From the NCBI GenBank assembly GCA_038087875.1, contig CM075989.1:2418001-2482000 (forward strand): DNA of 64,000 bases, read 5' to 3'. Positions 36,825 to 51,147 of the stretch are shown here, one piece after another. Made by a program: the position numbers and the translations under genes. The notes under the pieces are model-generated. The model was not told the origin of the DNA. It saw only the letters and a program-made list of their open reading frames with translations, and did no database searches. Positions within the stretch are counted from its first letter, which is position 1. Every line of letters starts with the position of its first letter. This stretch comes from Malacoraja senta (lineage: Eukaryota).

Positions 36825-37142
36825 TTTAGTTCAGAATAGTTTAGAGATACAGCACGGAAACAGGCCCTTCGGCCCACCGAGTCCACGCCGACCACCGATC
36901 CCCGCACATTAACACTATCCTACACACACTAGGGACAATTTACACGTATACCAAGCCAATTCACCTACAAACCTGTACATCTTTGGAATGTGGGAGGAAA
37001 CCAAAGTTCTCGGAGAAAACCCACGCAGGTCACGGGGGGGACGTGCAAACTCTGTGCAGACAAGCACCCGTAGCCAGGATCGAACCCGGGTCTCTGAAGC
37101 TGCATGCTCTGTAAGGCAGCAACTCTACCGCTGTGCCACCAT
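36825..37142 (-). mobile_element. HE1-like V-SINE
   Basis: Complete head, V-domain and tail on the minus strand. Confidence 0.88.
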
Positions 37143-37579
37143 GCTTAGCCAATGAGGATTACTATTAAAAACTATTGAAAAGATTGTCAAAAAAAGGGTG
37201 GAAAAAAAAGACAGGGACAGGAAGGTGAGTATCTTGAAATTCGAAATTTGACCTTTTTAAAAATATTCATCAAGTTGTCCCCCTCTGGGTACAGGAGCTT
37301 GATTTACATTGCACTGGCGACTGTCACATTGTGGAGAACAGGTTGACCTTTAATGGGAGCTGCCCACTCCACTATTTGCTCTGATTACGGCTGGTCCCTG
37401 ACATTTACACCACTTTCCCAGCATTAATCATATATCACTTGATTTTCCTAATACTGAAAAGATCTTTAGCTCGTTCAGTGACTGGCCCTTCACAGTCCCC
37501 CTTGGGGGGAACATTCGAATGATTCACCACCCAGTGAAACTCTTCCCATTCTCCATCCTGAACCGATATCTCATTGAAT

Positions 37580-37960
37580 CAGAACCTCATTGAAACCTAC
37601 AGAATAGTGAAAGACCTGGATAGGGTGAATGTGGAGAGGATGTTTCCACTAGTGGGAGAGTCTAGGACCAGAGGCCACAGCCTCAGAATGAAAGGACATA
37701 CCTTTAGAACGGATATGAGGAGGAATTTCTTTTGTCAGAGGGCGTGTATCTGTAGAACTCATTGCCACAGATGGCTGTGGAGGCCAAGTCAGTGGGTATT
37801 TTTAAAGCAGAGATTGACAGATTCTTGATTAGTAAGGGTGTCAGGGGTTATGGAGAGAAGGCAGAAAATTAGGGTTGAGAGAGATAGATAGATCAACCAT
37901 GATTGAATGGTGGAATTGACTTGATGGGTCGAATGGCCTAATTCTGCTCCGAGAACTTCT
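37580..37960 (+). mobile_element. CR1 3' fragment
   Basis: LIETYRIVKDLDRVNVERMFPLVGESRTRGH. Confidence 0.82.
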
Positions 37961-38749
37961 GAATGATCCTGGATGCAAGGCATCTCAGCCAGAGGAAAAA
38001 TCATTTCTGCATCTACCCTGCAATGCACAATAAGAATGTTCTAGATTTCAATTAGATCATCCAGATTCAGGTTTAGGTTTCGTATTGTCACATGCATTGG
38101 TAGGATTAGTTCCAGAGAAAAAATGTACTAATGGGATAAGGATGAATCGGACAGCACCGTAGCTTATGGATGGACTGTTCTGAAGATGGTGTTCCTGAGA
38201 CTGGTGGGGCGCGCTTTCAAGCTTCTGTATCTGGAGTGCGGAGGAGAAAGAATGACTGGGGGGGAAAGGTCCTTGATTGGATTGGTTGCTCTCATACTTC
38301 TCAACAGCAGAAAATAGGGGAGCAGTACGCTCAATCTCTCCTCTGACAACACACGGCATCTCAGAACCAACCTGGCAGCCCTATTACACCGAAGATAGAC
38401 ACAAAATGCTGGAGTAACTCAGCGGGTCAGGCAACATCTCTGGAGAAAAGGAGTAGGTAACGTTTCGGGTCGAGACCCTTTCTACAGATTAAGAGTCGGG
38501 GGACAGGGAAACCAGAGGTAAGAAAAGGTATAAAACAAATCAGAGCCGGCACCGATGATCAAGGAAAGATGGAGCACACAATGGTCCATTGTTGGCTGTG
38601 GAAGAGATGTTAATGAAGGGATACAAACACTGAAACTAGCTGGACGACCGTGATCCACAATATTGACAAATCCATTCCCCTCCTCAGGTGCTGTTTGACC
38701 CGCTGTGATTTTTGCATCAACCCGGTGAATCTTTGTTTTCTTCCATTTA

Positions 38750-39036
38750 AGGGCCTGTCCCACTTACGCGATGATTTCGGCGACTTGCTGGCACCCGTCA
38801 TAGTCGCAGCAGGTCGCCGACAATTTTCAACATGTTGAATATCCAGCGGCGACCAGAAAAAGGTACGACTCTTTGGGCGACTACTCACGACCATACAGGC
38901 GTCACGTGTCGACATGTCGTACCTATTTCTGGTCGCCGCTGGGTATTCAACATGTTCAACATTTTCGGCGACCTGCTGCGACTATGACGGGTGCCGGCAA
39001 GTCGCCGAAAAACATTGCGTAAGTGGGACAGGCCCT
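38750..39036. mobile_element. Harbinger-type MITE with long TIRs and matched TTA TSD
   Basis: AGGGCCTGTCCCACTTACGC..GGCACCCGTCATAGTCGCAGCAGGTCGCCGA mirrored at the right end; TTA at 38747-38749 and 39037-39039. Confidence 0.92.
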
Positions 39037-39327
39037 TTACTGCGAATACAGGTTAGCACCGTGTTACAACCATTCAGCAGTGGGAATTCTCCCTTACAGA
39101 AATCACAAATCACCACCCAGACATTTGAGATACAGAATAAAATGTGCTCTCAAGTAAATCATGTGAAAAAAGTACAATAAATAAATACAAAATCTATCTT
39201 GTTTTAACTTGCGTTTCTTGATCCATGATGACGTGGCTTTGTGTGATGGAACATTGTCCTACAGACTCTTATCCAGGAGCACAACCCCCTGCCCCATAAA
39301 ACAGGGGTCACCTGTACACCCTTTTAA

Positions 39328-39622
39328 TTTAGTTTAGTTTAGAGATACAGCACAGAAACTGGCACCGTCCCACCGAGTCCATGCCGACTAGTGATCCCCA
39401 CACACTAACACTATCCTGTACACACTAGGGACAATTTACAATTAAACTAAGCCAAGTAACCTACAAACCTGTACGTCTTTGAAGTGTAGGAGGAAACCGG
39501 AAATCTCGGTCATGGGAAAAACGTACAAACGCTGTACAGACAGCACTCATAGTCAGGATTGAACCCGAGTCCCTGGCACTGTAAGGTAGCAACTCTACCG
39601 CTGCCCTGCGCCACCGTGCTGC
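39328..39622 (-). mobile_element. HE1-like V-SINE
   Basis: Same architecture as the other copies. Confidence 0.82.
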
Positions 39623-40189
39623 CCTGTTTGTGTTCAGAGAGTCCAGACCGACATTACATTACTGAGCTGAAGGCCACATACACTTCATATCTGGCCAATC
39701 AGCTTAATGGCTCAGCGCTAACATTACAATCAAAGCCCCATTCATTTGAATAGAGCAGCTGCTTGCTTTAATTATGTTTGCCTGAGTTTTATTGTCCATT
39801 TTTCCTTATTTGATTAAATTAATTTGCTAATTGTTTTAAGTTATTCAAGTCGATCGTGACTGCTTTTATCGCCTCACAGTGAGAGCCGTCAGTGTTGAGT
39901 CCGGAATACTCCTGGGTGAACCTTGTCCCTCACAGACCATTCCACTTGTGGGACATCACCAGGACCAAGTCCACTGTGGTCTGGAATCAAATGGGAATGG
40001 GCCTGGGGGCGGGGGAAGCAATCACAGGCTGTGGCTCTGATCAGGCATGACTTGCTAGCCAATTCTAACCCTGGGTTTTAGAACATTGTGCCTAAGTTTC
40101 AAAAGACTGGGAGACATGGGCAAGAGGGGCCGAAGGGCCTGTCTCCATGATGCATGACTATCAATGACTGCAAGCCCTTGTAAAGCTGA

Positions 40190-40560
40190 CAAATGTACGG
40201 AATAGTGAAGGGCCTGGATGGAGTGAATGTGGAGAAAGTGTTTCCACTAGTGGGAGAGTCTATGACCAGTGGTCATGGCCTCAGAGTAAAAGGACGGACC
40301 TTTAGGAAGGCGATGAGGAGGAATTTCTTTAGTCAGAGGGTGGTGAATCTGTGGAATTCATTGCCACAGACGGCTGTGGAGGCCAAGTCAATAGATATTT
40401 TTAAGGTGGAGATTGATAGATTCTTGATTAGTACGGATGTCCGGGGTGATGGGGTGAAGGCAGGAGAATGGGGTTGAGAGGGAGAGATACATCAGCCATG
40501 ATTGAATGGTGGAGTAGAATTTGTGGGCCCAATGGCCTAATTCTGCTCCTACAACTTATG
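40190..40560 (+). mobile_element. CR1 3' fragment
   Basis: ORF 40193-40477 ending GVKAGEWG. Confidence 0.82.
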
Positions 40561-41103
40561 GACGAACTCTCCACTCCTCTGGCAACACCTTCTCCCATTC
40601 TGTGTATCGTGGCTGGATCCCATTCTTCACCCTACACCTTGTGGCTTTCAGCCCTCTTGACTGAAAGGTTTGTTAAAGTAACTCTTCCTTTCAGCAAACC
40701 TTTTGTCACCGCTCCTCATCACTACTTTGGCGCACTGTCTCTTTTCTCCATCGCGATACGATGTATTTTGGGATATTTTTCAGTGTGAAGGTGTCATATA
40801 GCAACAAGATACAACGGATAAAAGCAATTCAGAATTGCTTCAAGAAACAACGGAAATTGTAAGAATGGGAATGAACCACCTTGGCGACAAAAATTCGCAG
40901 TCAAAAGGAATCAGATCAAGTAGGGACATTTCCTAATGGAACATAACCTTGCCTGTACACTCAGAAGATGAGCTAACCAATGCCTGAATCTCGCCCCCAG
41001 CAAATCGACCAAGCATCAAAGGAATTATCAAACAACTGGGTTGTCACAATGTATGGGTGTTAAATTCTAGATTCCCCAAGCGAGCATTAACCTTTGAACT
41101 CAC

Positions 41104-41155
41104 TCCTGGCAACATGCCCAAATGGAATCCAGTGAAAGCCTTGCCGAGACAAGAT
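41104..41155 (-). CDS. Candidate 52-nt exon (ILSRQGFHWIPFGHVAR in phase 0)
   Basis: Acceptor gttccacttcag, donor /GTGAGT; all three frames are open, so the frame is inferred. Confidence 0.28.
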
Positions 41156-41459
41156 CTGAAGTGGAACATTGACATGGCCTGAGGGAGCCACCTCCCGTGA
41201 CCACCACCCTTCCCACTTGGTGAACTTTTTCACACAAAGGATGCTGGGTGTACGGAACGAGCTGCCAGAGGAGGTAGTTGAGACAGGGACTATCCCAGAG
41301 TTTAAGAAACAGTTAGTCAGGTACATGGATAGGACAGGTTTGGAGGGTATGGGCCAAATGCAGGCAGGTGGGACTAGTGTAGCTGGGACATGTTGGTCGT
41401 TGTGGGCAAGTTGGGCCGAAGGGCCTGTTTCCACACTGTATCACTATGACTTTATGATT

Positions 41460-43371
41460 ATTTTTTTATTTTTTTATTTTATTTATTTTTTTATTTTTAT
41501 TTACTAGAAGTACATTACATTACAACCAATTACATTAGTACTCATCACGTATATCTTATTACAATTAATGTACTCCGTCATTTTTTACACTGATAAAAAG
41601 GAAAGGTTGAGATTAAGAAAAAAGAGAAAGTGAAGGAAAATAGTGAAGGTGTAAAAACGTGACAACAAGAAAGAACAGAGACCCTGTAGAAAAGAAATTA
41701 AGAAGAAAGGATTAAGAGATAGACCCTAAAGAAGAAAAAAAAAGAGAAAGAGGAAAAAAGAGAAAAACAAATACTTTATTATACGCATCACGCAAATGGG
41801 ATATACCAACTCTCCAGCTTTCATCCCCCTTTACCTGACCTGTTTTTTTTGGTACTTTTGCACCCTATACTTGTAATAATTCTATAAATGCAGACCACGT
41901 CAGGTGGAAGTGATCTGGTTTACCTGCCAGGAGGAGTCTTATCTCTTCTAGGTGTAATGTTTCAAACATATTTGAAATCCACATGTTTATCGTTGGTATT
42001 GGAGCGTTTTTCCAGAATTTCAGGATTAACTTTTTTCCAGTTATTAACCCGTAATCTATTAATTTCTTTTGAAACACATTTAGTTCAGGGCTATCTTCCG
42101 TTGTTCCGAAGATAATCCATTCTGCTTTTGGTGTCAGTTTTATTTTAAACAATTTTGTAAAGATTTCAAAAATTTCAATCCAAAATTTTTGAATTTTTAT
42201 ACAAAAAACAAATGAATGCGCTATAGTAGCTTCTTGAGATTGACATTTATCACAAATGGATGATACAATTGGGGAAAATTTTATTAATTTTAGTTTTTGA
42301 ATAATATAATCTATGCAAAATTTTAAATTGTATTAAAGTGTGTCTTACATTAATCAAACATTTATGCACGTTTAATAAATGTTCATTCCACCTTTCCTTT
42401 GAGATTTTAATAGCTAATTCTTGTTCCCAGTCTCTTCTAATACCTTCCGTAGATGGTATTTCTACATTTAAGATAATATCATACAAATATGATATTAAGT
42501 TTGCTGATTCAGCTTTTATCTGCATTGCTTCATCCAATACATCTGCTGGGCTATTATAATGATCTTTTGTATAATTTTTCAAATAGTCACATATTTGAAA
42601 ATATTTAAAATATTGATTATTTCCCAGTTTATATTTTATTTGTAATTGTTGGAATGATAGTAATTTTCCAGTTTCATACAAGTCACCGAACGTTTTAATT
42701 CCTAGTCTATCCCATTGTATAAAAGATTTGTCTGTTAGAGGAATTAAACGAAGGGTTATTAACTATTGGAGATAAAAGCGATAGATTTCTTAATTTTAAA
42801 TTTTGTTTTATTTGTTTCCAAGTTCTGATTGTACTATGTATAATTGGGTTTTTGTTATAATTTATGTTATTCAGTTTCATTGGTGAGAGGAGGATCGCTC
42901 CAATATTACCAGAGGAGCAGTCCTCTCTCTCCATTACAATCCAGTCCACTTGCTGGGCAGAGTTGTCCATCAGTAGGATCATATTTTTAATATTTACTGA
43001 CCAATAATAATACATGAAGTTAGGGAGTGCTAAGCCCCCTAATACTTTAGTTTTGTTCAAGTGTGTTCTTTGTATTCTATGGGATTTATAATCCCATATA
43101 AAATTAATAATGTCTGAATCCAATTTAAAAAAAAACTTCTTTGGTATATAGGAATCGATTGAAATAGGTATAAAATTTGTGGTAAGAAGATCATTTTTAT
43201 TGCAATTTGCTTTGAACATGCCTTGATATGTTCTGGTGATTTCAATACCCAAGTATTTAAATTTTTCTGTAGCTATTTTAAAAGGGAATTTTAAAAGATG
43301 TGTTGAGTCTTTCGGTTTTATTGACATAATTTCACTTTTATTCCAATTTATTCCAATTTATTCTGTATCTT
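41460..43371 (-). mobile_element. L1-clade LINE, 5'-truncated, with poly(A) and 13-bp TSD
   Basis: FKYLGI, GGLALPNFMYYYWSVN and QFKILHRLY motifs of L1 ORF2; T-rich tract at 41460-41502; TGACTTTATGATT at 41447-41459 and 43372-43384. Confidence 0.9.
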
Positions 43372-43734
43372 TGACTTTATGATTCTAAGGTTTCCCAGGG
43401 CCACTGCTGGAGCAGCACAGTGGTGCAGCAAGTAAAGCCGCTGTCTCACAGCACTGGGGACACCGGTTCGATCCTCGCCTCGGGTGCTGTCTCTGTTGAG
43501 TTTGCACGTTCTCCCTGTGACCGCGTGGGTTTCCTACGAATGCTTTGGTTTTCTCTCACATTTTAAAGGCGTGCACATCGGCAGATTAATTGATCTCTGT
43601 AAATTGTGCCTTGTGTGTAAGTGAGTGGTGGAATCTGAAGGGCATTCATGAATACGTGGAGAGAATTTAAAAATATGATTGATGCCAGATTAGCAGCAAC
43701 TATTAGTTGATGTTCATAGAAAATAGAACAGTAT

Positions 43735-44665
43735 GTTCTCCAAATCCAAGGCGTAGCTATGGGCACGCGCATGGGCCCCAGCCATGCCTGCCTCTTTGTA
43801 GGGTACATCGAACAATCCTTGTTCCAGGCGTATACTGGCCCTATCCCCAAACTCTAACTCCGCTACATTGACGACTGCATTGGTGCTACCTCCTGCACCC
43901 ATGCAGAACTCACTGGCTTCTTCCACTTCACCACTAACTTCTATCCGGCACTCAAATTCACCTGGACCATTTCCGACATCTCTCTACCGTTTCTAGACGT
44001 CACTATCTCCATCGCAGGTAACAGACTACTGTCCGACATCTACTACAAACCCACTGACTCCCATGGCGATCTGGACTACACTTCTTCCCACCCTGATCCT
44101 GTAAGGACTCTATCCCCTACTCCCAATTCCTCCGTCTACGCAGCATCTGCACACAGGATGAGGTATTCCAAACCAGGGGATCGGAGATGTCCGCTCTTAC
44201 TCGCCCTCCCCCTATTCGTAACAAGGACAGAATCCCCCTTGTCCTCACCTTCCACCCCTTCAACCGTCGCATACAACATATAATCCTCTGACATTTTCGC
44301 CACCTCCAACGGGATCCCACCACTGGCCACATCTTCCCATCTCCTTCCCTGTCTGCTTTCCGCAGAGACCGTTCCCTCCGTAACTCCCTGGTCAATTCGT
44401 CCCTTCGCCACCCAAACCACCCCGTCCCCTGGTACTTTCCCTTGCAACCGCAGGAAATGCAACACCTGTCCCTTTACCTCCCCCCTCAACCATCCAAGGA
44501 TCAGATCAGTCTTTCCAGGTGAGGCAGAGGTTCACCTGCACCTCCTCCAACCTCATCTACTGCATCCGCTGTTCCAGCTGTCAACTTCTCTACATCGGCG
44601 AGACCAAGCGCAGGCTCGGCGATCGCCTCGCTGAACACCTCCACTCAGTCCATCTTAACCAAGCA
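43735..44665 (+). mobile_element. Penelope-like element fragment with RT and GIY-YIG remnants
   Basis: QIQGVAMGTRMGPS..LRYIDDC (in-frame stop just before), YYKPTDS and LIYCIRCSSCQLLYIGETKR. Confidence 0.9.
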
Positions 44666-45884
44666 CCCGGTTGCTCAGCACAATTAACCTACAAACCTGT
44701 ACGTCTTTGGACTGTGGGAGGAAACCGAAGATCTAGGAGAAAACCCACGCAGGTCACGGGGAGAACGGACAAACTTCACCCGTAGTCAGGATTGAACCCG
44801 GGTCTCTGGCGCTGTACGGCAGCAACTCCACTGCTGCGCCGCCACCAACCAGATACTGGCTTATACTGAAGATAGACACAAATAGCTAGAGTAACTCAGC
44901 GGGCCAGGCAGCATCTCTGCAGAAATGGAACAGGTGATATTTTGGGTCGAGACCCTTCTTGAGACTGAGAGTTAGGGGAGAGGGAAACAGGAGGTATGAA
45001 AAGATACCCTTGCATGTCCTCTCTCTCTGTCCCATACCCACCCTAGTCATCCTACTTGTTTCACTGTTTGTATCCACTCATTATCACCTTCTCCACAGCC
45101 AACAATGGACCATTGTGGGCTCCACTTTTCCTTGATCATCGTTGCTGGCTTTGATTTGATCTTTCCCGCGTGGGTTTCCTCTGGGCGCTGCCGTTTCCTC
45201 CCACATCCCCCAGTCGTGCGGGTTTGTAGCGTGATTGACCCTCTGCAAACGGCCGCTCGGGTGTCGGGAGCGGGTGAGAAGGTGTGACATCTGAGAACTA
45301 GTGTGAACGGGCGATCAATGCTCGGTGTGCACTGCGTGGGCCGAAGGGCCTGTTTCCATGCTGTATCTCGAAACTAAACTGAACAGCAATCACGATGGAA
45401 TGACTTTAGAGTTTAAATCGTAGCAAGGTGGTGTCAAGTTAAAAATATTGTACTGCAAAGTTAGTTAATGAAAAAAGCCACCATGGTAGTAGTAGTGGTG
45501 GAGGGGGAGGACTACATTAATTTAACAACCGAGCATAAGTGTGTATGAGGAAGGCAAGGGATGATCAATATGAACAGTATAATAGAGGAAAGAAGAAAAG
45601 TAACTGACTATATAACAAGGTTGCAAAGAGGAAATCAGAAAGAACACCAAGAACAATCATAGCAAGCATGAAGCAAGGCCAATGAACAACTGCCAAGGCT
45701 AACAAAGGAAAGCATCATCTTATAACATTCCTTGCTTCAAATTGTGCTGAAGGATTAATTGAATTCTGCTGGGAAGATCAGGAGCTCCGTTCACCTGGAG
45801 CCAACACCTCTGACACAGCAACAGTCTCTCATTAGTGCACTGATGTCCAGACTTAGGAACGGCAACCATGGCCATCAGGCTCCA

Positions 45885-46170
45885 TTTAGTTTAGTTTAGA
45901 GATACAGTGCGGAAACAGGCCCTTCGGCCCACTGAGTCCGCGCCGACCAGAGATCTCTGCGCAGTAACACTATCCTACACACACGAGGGACAATGTACAA
46001 TTTTACCAAGCCTGCACGTCTTTGAAATGTGGGAGGAAACCAGAGCAACCGCGGAAAACCCAGGTGGTCACAGGAAGAAGGTACAAACACCGTACAGACA
46101 GCACCCATAGTCAGGATGGAACCCCCGGTCTCTGGCGTTGTAAGGCAGCAACTCCACCGCTGACCCACCA
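45885..46170 (-). mobile_element. HE1-like V-SINE
   Basis: Tail, V-domain and head recognisable. Confidence 0.8.
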
Positions 46171-46461
46171 CTCCTGATGGAATCATCTCCTCCACACCGC
46201 GGAGATGCCAATTACTCGTGCCCTTAGCTGTATCTCATTCCGTTATTCGGTTATTGTCATTTATGGAACTACTTCAGACTGCACTGCAATCTTGCATCCT
46301 TCTGCTGTTCTACACTCATCACAATATGTGTACTGCTCACTAAGTGAGATCATGTGAGCAAGGAATTTCATTGCACTCTGATGTATTTAATGATAAACTA
46401 ATCTGGAATCTAGAGCCATCCTAGACTTTTTCTCAAGTCATATATGGCAAAGCCGTTGTGA

Positions 46462-46780
46462 GTTTAGTTTAGTTTAGTTTAGAGATACAGCATGGAAACA
46501 GGCCCTTTGGCCCACCGAGTCCACAGCAACCAGCAATCCCTACACATTAGCACTACCCTACACACACTAAGGACAAGTTTTACATTTTACATTTATACCA
46601 AGCCAATTAACCTACAAACCTGTCTTTGGAGTGTGGAAGGAAACGAGAGATCTCAGAGAAAACTCACGCAGGTCATGTGGGGAACATACAAACGCCGTAC
46701 AGACAAGCACCCGTAGTCAGGATCGAACCTGGGTCGCTGGCGCTGCAAGGCAACAACTCTACCGCTGCACCACCGTGCCA
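46462..46780 (-). mobile_element. HE1-like V-SINE
   Basis: Tail, V-domain and head recognisable. Confidence 0.85.
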
Positions 46781-46829
46781 CCCCAATGAACACTGTGCAA
46801 TACTGATCAATGCTCCAAAACATAGATCA

Positions 46830-47810
46830 TAGACAATAGACAATAGACAATAGACAATAGGTGCAGGAGTAGGCCATTCGGCCCTTCAACGCCATTCAAT
46901 GTGATCGTGGCTGATCATCCCCAATCAGTACCCCGTTCCTGCCTTCTCCCCATATCCCCTGACTCCGCTCTCTTTAAGAGCCCTATCTAGCTCTCTCTTG
47001 AAAGTATCCAGAGAACCGGCCTCCACCGCCCTCTGAGGCAGAGAATTCCACAGACTCACAACTCTCTGTGTGAAAAAGTGTTTCCTCATCTCCGTTCTAA
47101 ATGGCTTACCACTTATTCTTAAACTGTGGCCCCTGGTTCTGGACTCCCCCAACATCGGGAACATGATTCATGCCTCTAGCGTGTCCAAACCCTTAATAAT
47201 CTTATATGTTTCAATAAGATTCCCTCTCATCCTTCTAAATTCCAGAGTATACAAGCCCAGCCGCTCCATTCGCTCAGCATATGAAAGTCCCGCCATCCCG
47301 GGAATTAACCTTGTAAACCTACGCTGCACTCCCTCAATAGCAATAATGTCCTTCCTCAAATTAGTAAACTAAAACTGCACACGATACTCCAGGTGTGGTC
47401 TCACTAGGGGCCTGTACAACTGCAGAAGGACCTCTTTGCTCCTATACTCAACTCCTCTTGTTTTGAAGGCCAATTCGCTCTCTTCACTGCCTGCTGTACC
47501 TGCATGGTTACTTTCTTTGACTGATGAACAAGGACCCCCAGATCCCGTTGTACTTCCCTTTTTCCCAACTTGACACCATTTAGATAATAATCTGCCTTCC
47601 TGTTTTTATAACCTCACATTTATCCACATTAAACTGCATCTGCCATGCATCTGCCCACTCACCCAACCTGTCCAAGTCACCCTGCATTCTCATTGCATCC
47701 TCCTCACAGTTTGCACTGCCACCCAGCTTTGTGTCATCTGCAAATTTGCTAATGTTACTTTGAATCCCTTCATCTAAATCATTGATGTATATTGTAAATA
47801 GCTGCAGGTC
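46830..47810 (-). mobile_element. CR1 3' portion including part of RT
   Basis: LFTIYINDLDEG..ISKFADDTKLGG; same family as 3267-4004. Confidence 0.9.
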
Positions 47811-49019
47811 CCAGCTATTTATCGTAGAACATAGAAGATGGAACAGTACAGCCCACAATGTCCGTGCCGAACATGATGCCAAGTTAAACTGATGTAATTA
47901 CCTGTACATGATCCATATCCCGACATTCCTTGGATTTCCATTGTGGAGGCCTATCTAAAAGCCTCTTAAATATCACTATTGTATTGCGCTCCACACCATC
48001 CCTGGCAATGCGTTCCAGGCCCGCGCCACTCTGAGTAAAGAACTCGCCCGCACATCTTTATTAAACATTCTCCACTCACCTTATAGCTATTCCCTCTACG
48101 GTTGGACATGTCCACTCTGGGAAATGTTCCAACTGTCTACCCTTTCTGTCGCTCTCATAATTCTATTTACTTCGAGCAAGTTTTGCCTCAACCTCTAACG
48201 TTCTACAGAAAACAATCCTAGTTTATCCAACATCTCCTTGTAGCTGTAATCCAGGCAGCATTCTGGTGAACCTCCCCTGCACCCTCTCCAAAGCCTCCAC
48301 ACCCTTCCCATCATGGGGTGACCAGAACTGCATGCAATACTTCAAATGCAGCCTAACCAAAGTCCTATAGATCTGGCTTCTGTGTTCTAAGTACCCAGAA
48401 TGGAGCTTGAAATGTCAGCCTGATAATTCAATGGTGTCTCCAGTAACTACCCTAAAGGTTTGCTGCAGATGTGATCACTCACATGATCCCTTGTTTCTGA
48501 AACATGATCATAAGGTCATAAATTCATACGTTCCAGGAGCAGGAGCAGAATTAGGCCATTCGGCCCATCAAGTCTACTCCGCCATTCAATCATGGTTGAT
48601 CTATCTCTCCTTCTCAACATGGGGAAAAGGCAGGCACGGGTTATTAATTGGGGACGATCAGCCATGATCACAATGAATGGTGGTGCTGGCTCGAAGGGAT
48701 GAATGGCCTCCTCCTGCACCTATTTTCTATGTTTCTACATTTCTATGTTTCTATGTTTCTAACCCCATTCTCCCGGCTCTCCCCATAACCCGACACCCAT
48801 CCTAATCAAGAATGTATCTATGCCTTAAAAATATCCATTGACTTGGCCTCCGCAGCCTGCTGTGGCAATGAATTATGTGATTCATGAATGAACTCTTATG
48901 ATTCATATAGATAATCTTCTTACTCAGCAGACATCACCATGGTTTTGTTGGTAGTGCTCCTGATTGTAATATGGAAGATTGTGCATTCAAACCCCACCCA
49001 TGCTACCACTTATGTCAGC

Positions 49020-49270
49020 CAACCCTCCAGTGCAGTGCTGCGACAGTGCTGCACCATTGCAGGAGCCACCACATGGACGCAGAGTTCAACTGTTCTGCAC
49101 GGTGACGAAAAAGATGAAAACACAGTACGTCAAAGAAAAGTTGGGAAATCTTTCTGCTTCCAGCCACTGTGAGCCTGCATTTTTCAAACAAATTGTCTGA
49201 TTATCGGAAAATCCCAATAGTTTGTATCTGCTGCTATGTTTCCTAGATTTCAACAATGATGTACCTGAGT
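49020..49270 (+). mobile_element. Ancient DeuSINE-like relic
   Basis: CAGTGCAGTGCTG..AGTGCTGCACCATTG..AAAAGAT..GTTTCCTAGATTTCAACA follows the Deu-domain layout. Confidence 0.45.
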
Positions 49271-49776
49271 ATTGGGAATATCTGAAAGGAGATGTATAAT
49301 TCCACGAGATATGTATTGTGGTAGCACTGTCTCCCTCGGATATGGCTCTGATCCCTATCACTGGCTGTGTAGGAAGGAACTGCAGATGCTGGTTTACACC
49401 TGAGATAGACACGAAATGCTGGAGTATCTCAGCATCTCTGGAGAGAAGTAGCAGCTCTGGAGAGAAGTAATAGGTGAAGTTTTGGGTCGAGACCCTTCTT
49501 CAGACTGAGACTTTTACTGGTTGACAAAAGTGCTGGGGAAACTCAGCGGGTGCAGCAACATCTATGGATGAGACCAATTCCCAGCATCAGTAGTAATGGC
49601 AGGGTCCAATTAGCTGGTAGTGGGTTGGCCACCTGAACCTTGGCAGCCTGCTTCCTATAAACCCAGGCATCCCAACCAGGTGAGAGGGGACGAGGTGACA
49701 AGAAGAAGAGGGGGAATAGGTGGGGGAGAAGGTGGGGGCTTCCTGCTAGTTGTGTTCCCCTGTCACAGGTTCGAGG

Positions 49777-50160
49777 AAGACTGAGCCACTGGGACATACC
49801 CAAGACCACCAGCGCCACCGTGCGGTCAAGACTGGGCTGCCGAGGAGAAGCCCTAGACAGCCAGCGCCTCTACTGAGGGCATGACTGAGTGGCCGGGACA
49901 AGCCAATATGCCAGTGCCTCTACCTGCCCATGGACAACAGCCCACACACAGAGGCAAAGACTGAGTTGCCAGGATAATCCAGAGACTGCCAACATTGCCT
50001 CTTCAAGCCGAAAAGCTGAGCCGCCAGGATAAAGGTAAGATTGCCGGGATAAATCCGAGATTGCCAGCGGCTCCCCTCGAAGCAAGGGTGAACTGCATGC
50101 AGAAGCCTGAAATCACCACGCCTCTTCCTTTGAATAGTAAGACTGAGCTGCCGGGACAGT
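49777..50160 (+). repeat. Degenerate ~50-bp repeat array (7-8 units)
   Basis: AAGACTGAGYTGCCRGGAYA-like cores at ~49777, 49828, 49881, 49957, 50012, 50036 and 50139. Confidence 0.7.
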
Positions 50161-50164
50161 ATAT

Positions 50165-50206
<42 letters not shown>

Positions 50207-50256
50207 TATATTCTGGTGGGGCACTAGCCTTAATCTTGGCCTCTGTAGAGGCACTG

Positions 50257-50379
<123 letters not shown>

Positions 50380-51147
50380 CTGCTCTGGAGCTGCCAGATG
50401 GGGCATCTTGGTCAGCATGGGCTAGTTGGGCAGAAGGGCCTGTTTCCATGCTGTATGCATCTGTAACTGTATGACTATAAATAATAGGGGAATGGGATGT
50501 GCAATTCACTCCTGAAAACATGTTAGCAGCACCGTGGGTTGAATGACATCCCACCATGCAGTCATTTTGATGTTTCTATGTTCATAAAACAGGTCACTTC
50601 CCCCTAACCATGTTACCAACCCTTGGAGACCATGCTGTGAAGCAACATGCTTTTGTCTCCTTCAAAAGTGTTCTCAGTCAGGCTAATATGTGGAAGCTTA
50701 AACTAATAGCTTTTCTCGCAGTTGATTAATGTGCAGAATCAGGGAAACAGCAAGAAACAGAGAGCATAATAAGTTGAAAACAAGAAGATGTAATCTACAG
50801 GGAGTGAGGCGAGCTTTATCGGAACCCATTCCAGATACTGTGTCCTAATCAACAGAATTGGATGAAAGTAAATTTTGCACACCCTCACAAAATACATTGG
50901 CAATAGAATCTTCCTCGTTCTTCCATAAAACTTAATTTTCCAGTTGGCAACCAAGACATGAAGACAGCCTTTGGATGCAAAAGCATCCTTAAACTCTTTC
51001 AACTTCCCAATTGTTTGGCGATGCTTGCTAAAAGATTCAATTTGGCAATCATTGCATGAGGCACAAATCAGCAGACTTGTCCCAATCCCATTTTCTCATA
51101 TTTACTCCAGGCCATTGGCACCAACTCTTATATCTGGAGTAACTTAC

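Noticed and set aside
39876..39905. CACAGTG heptamer suggesting a V(D)J recombination signal
   Set aside because: No ACAAAAACC-like nonamer at 12 or 23 bp and no V/J segment nearby
48939..49172. Small ORF with a signal-peptide-like start (MVLLVVLLIVIW)
   Set aside because: Its body overlaps a DeuSINE-like relic; no other support
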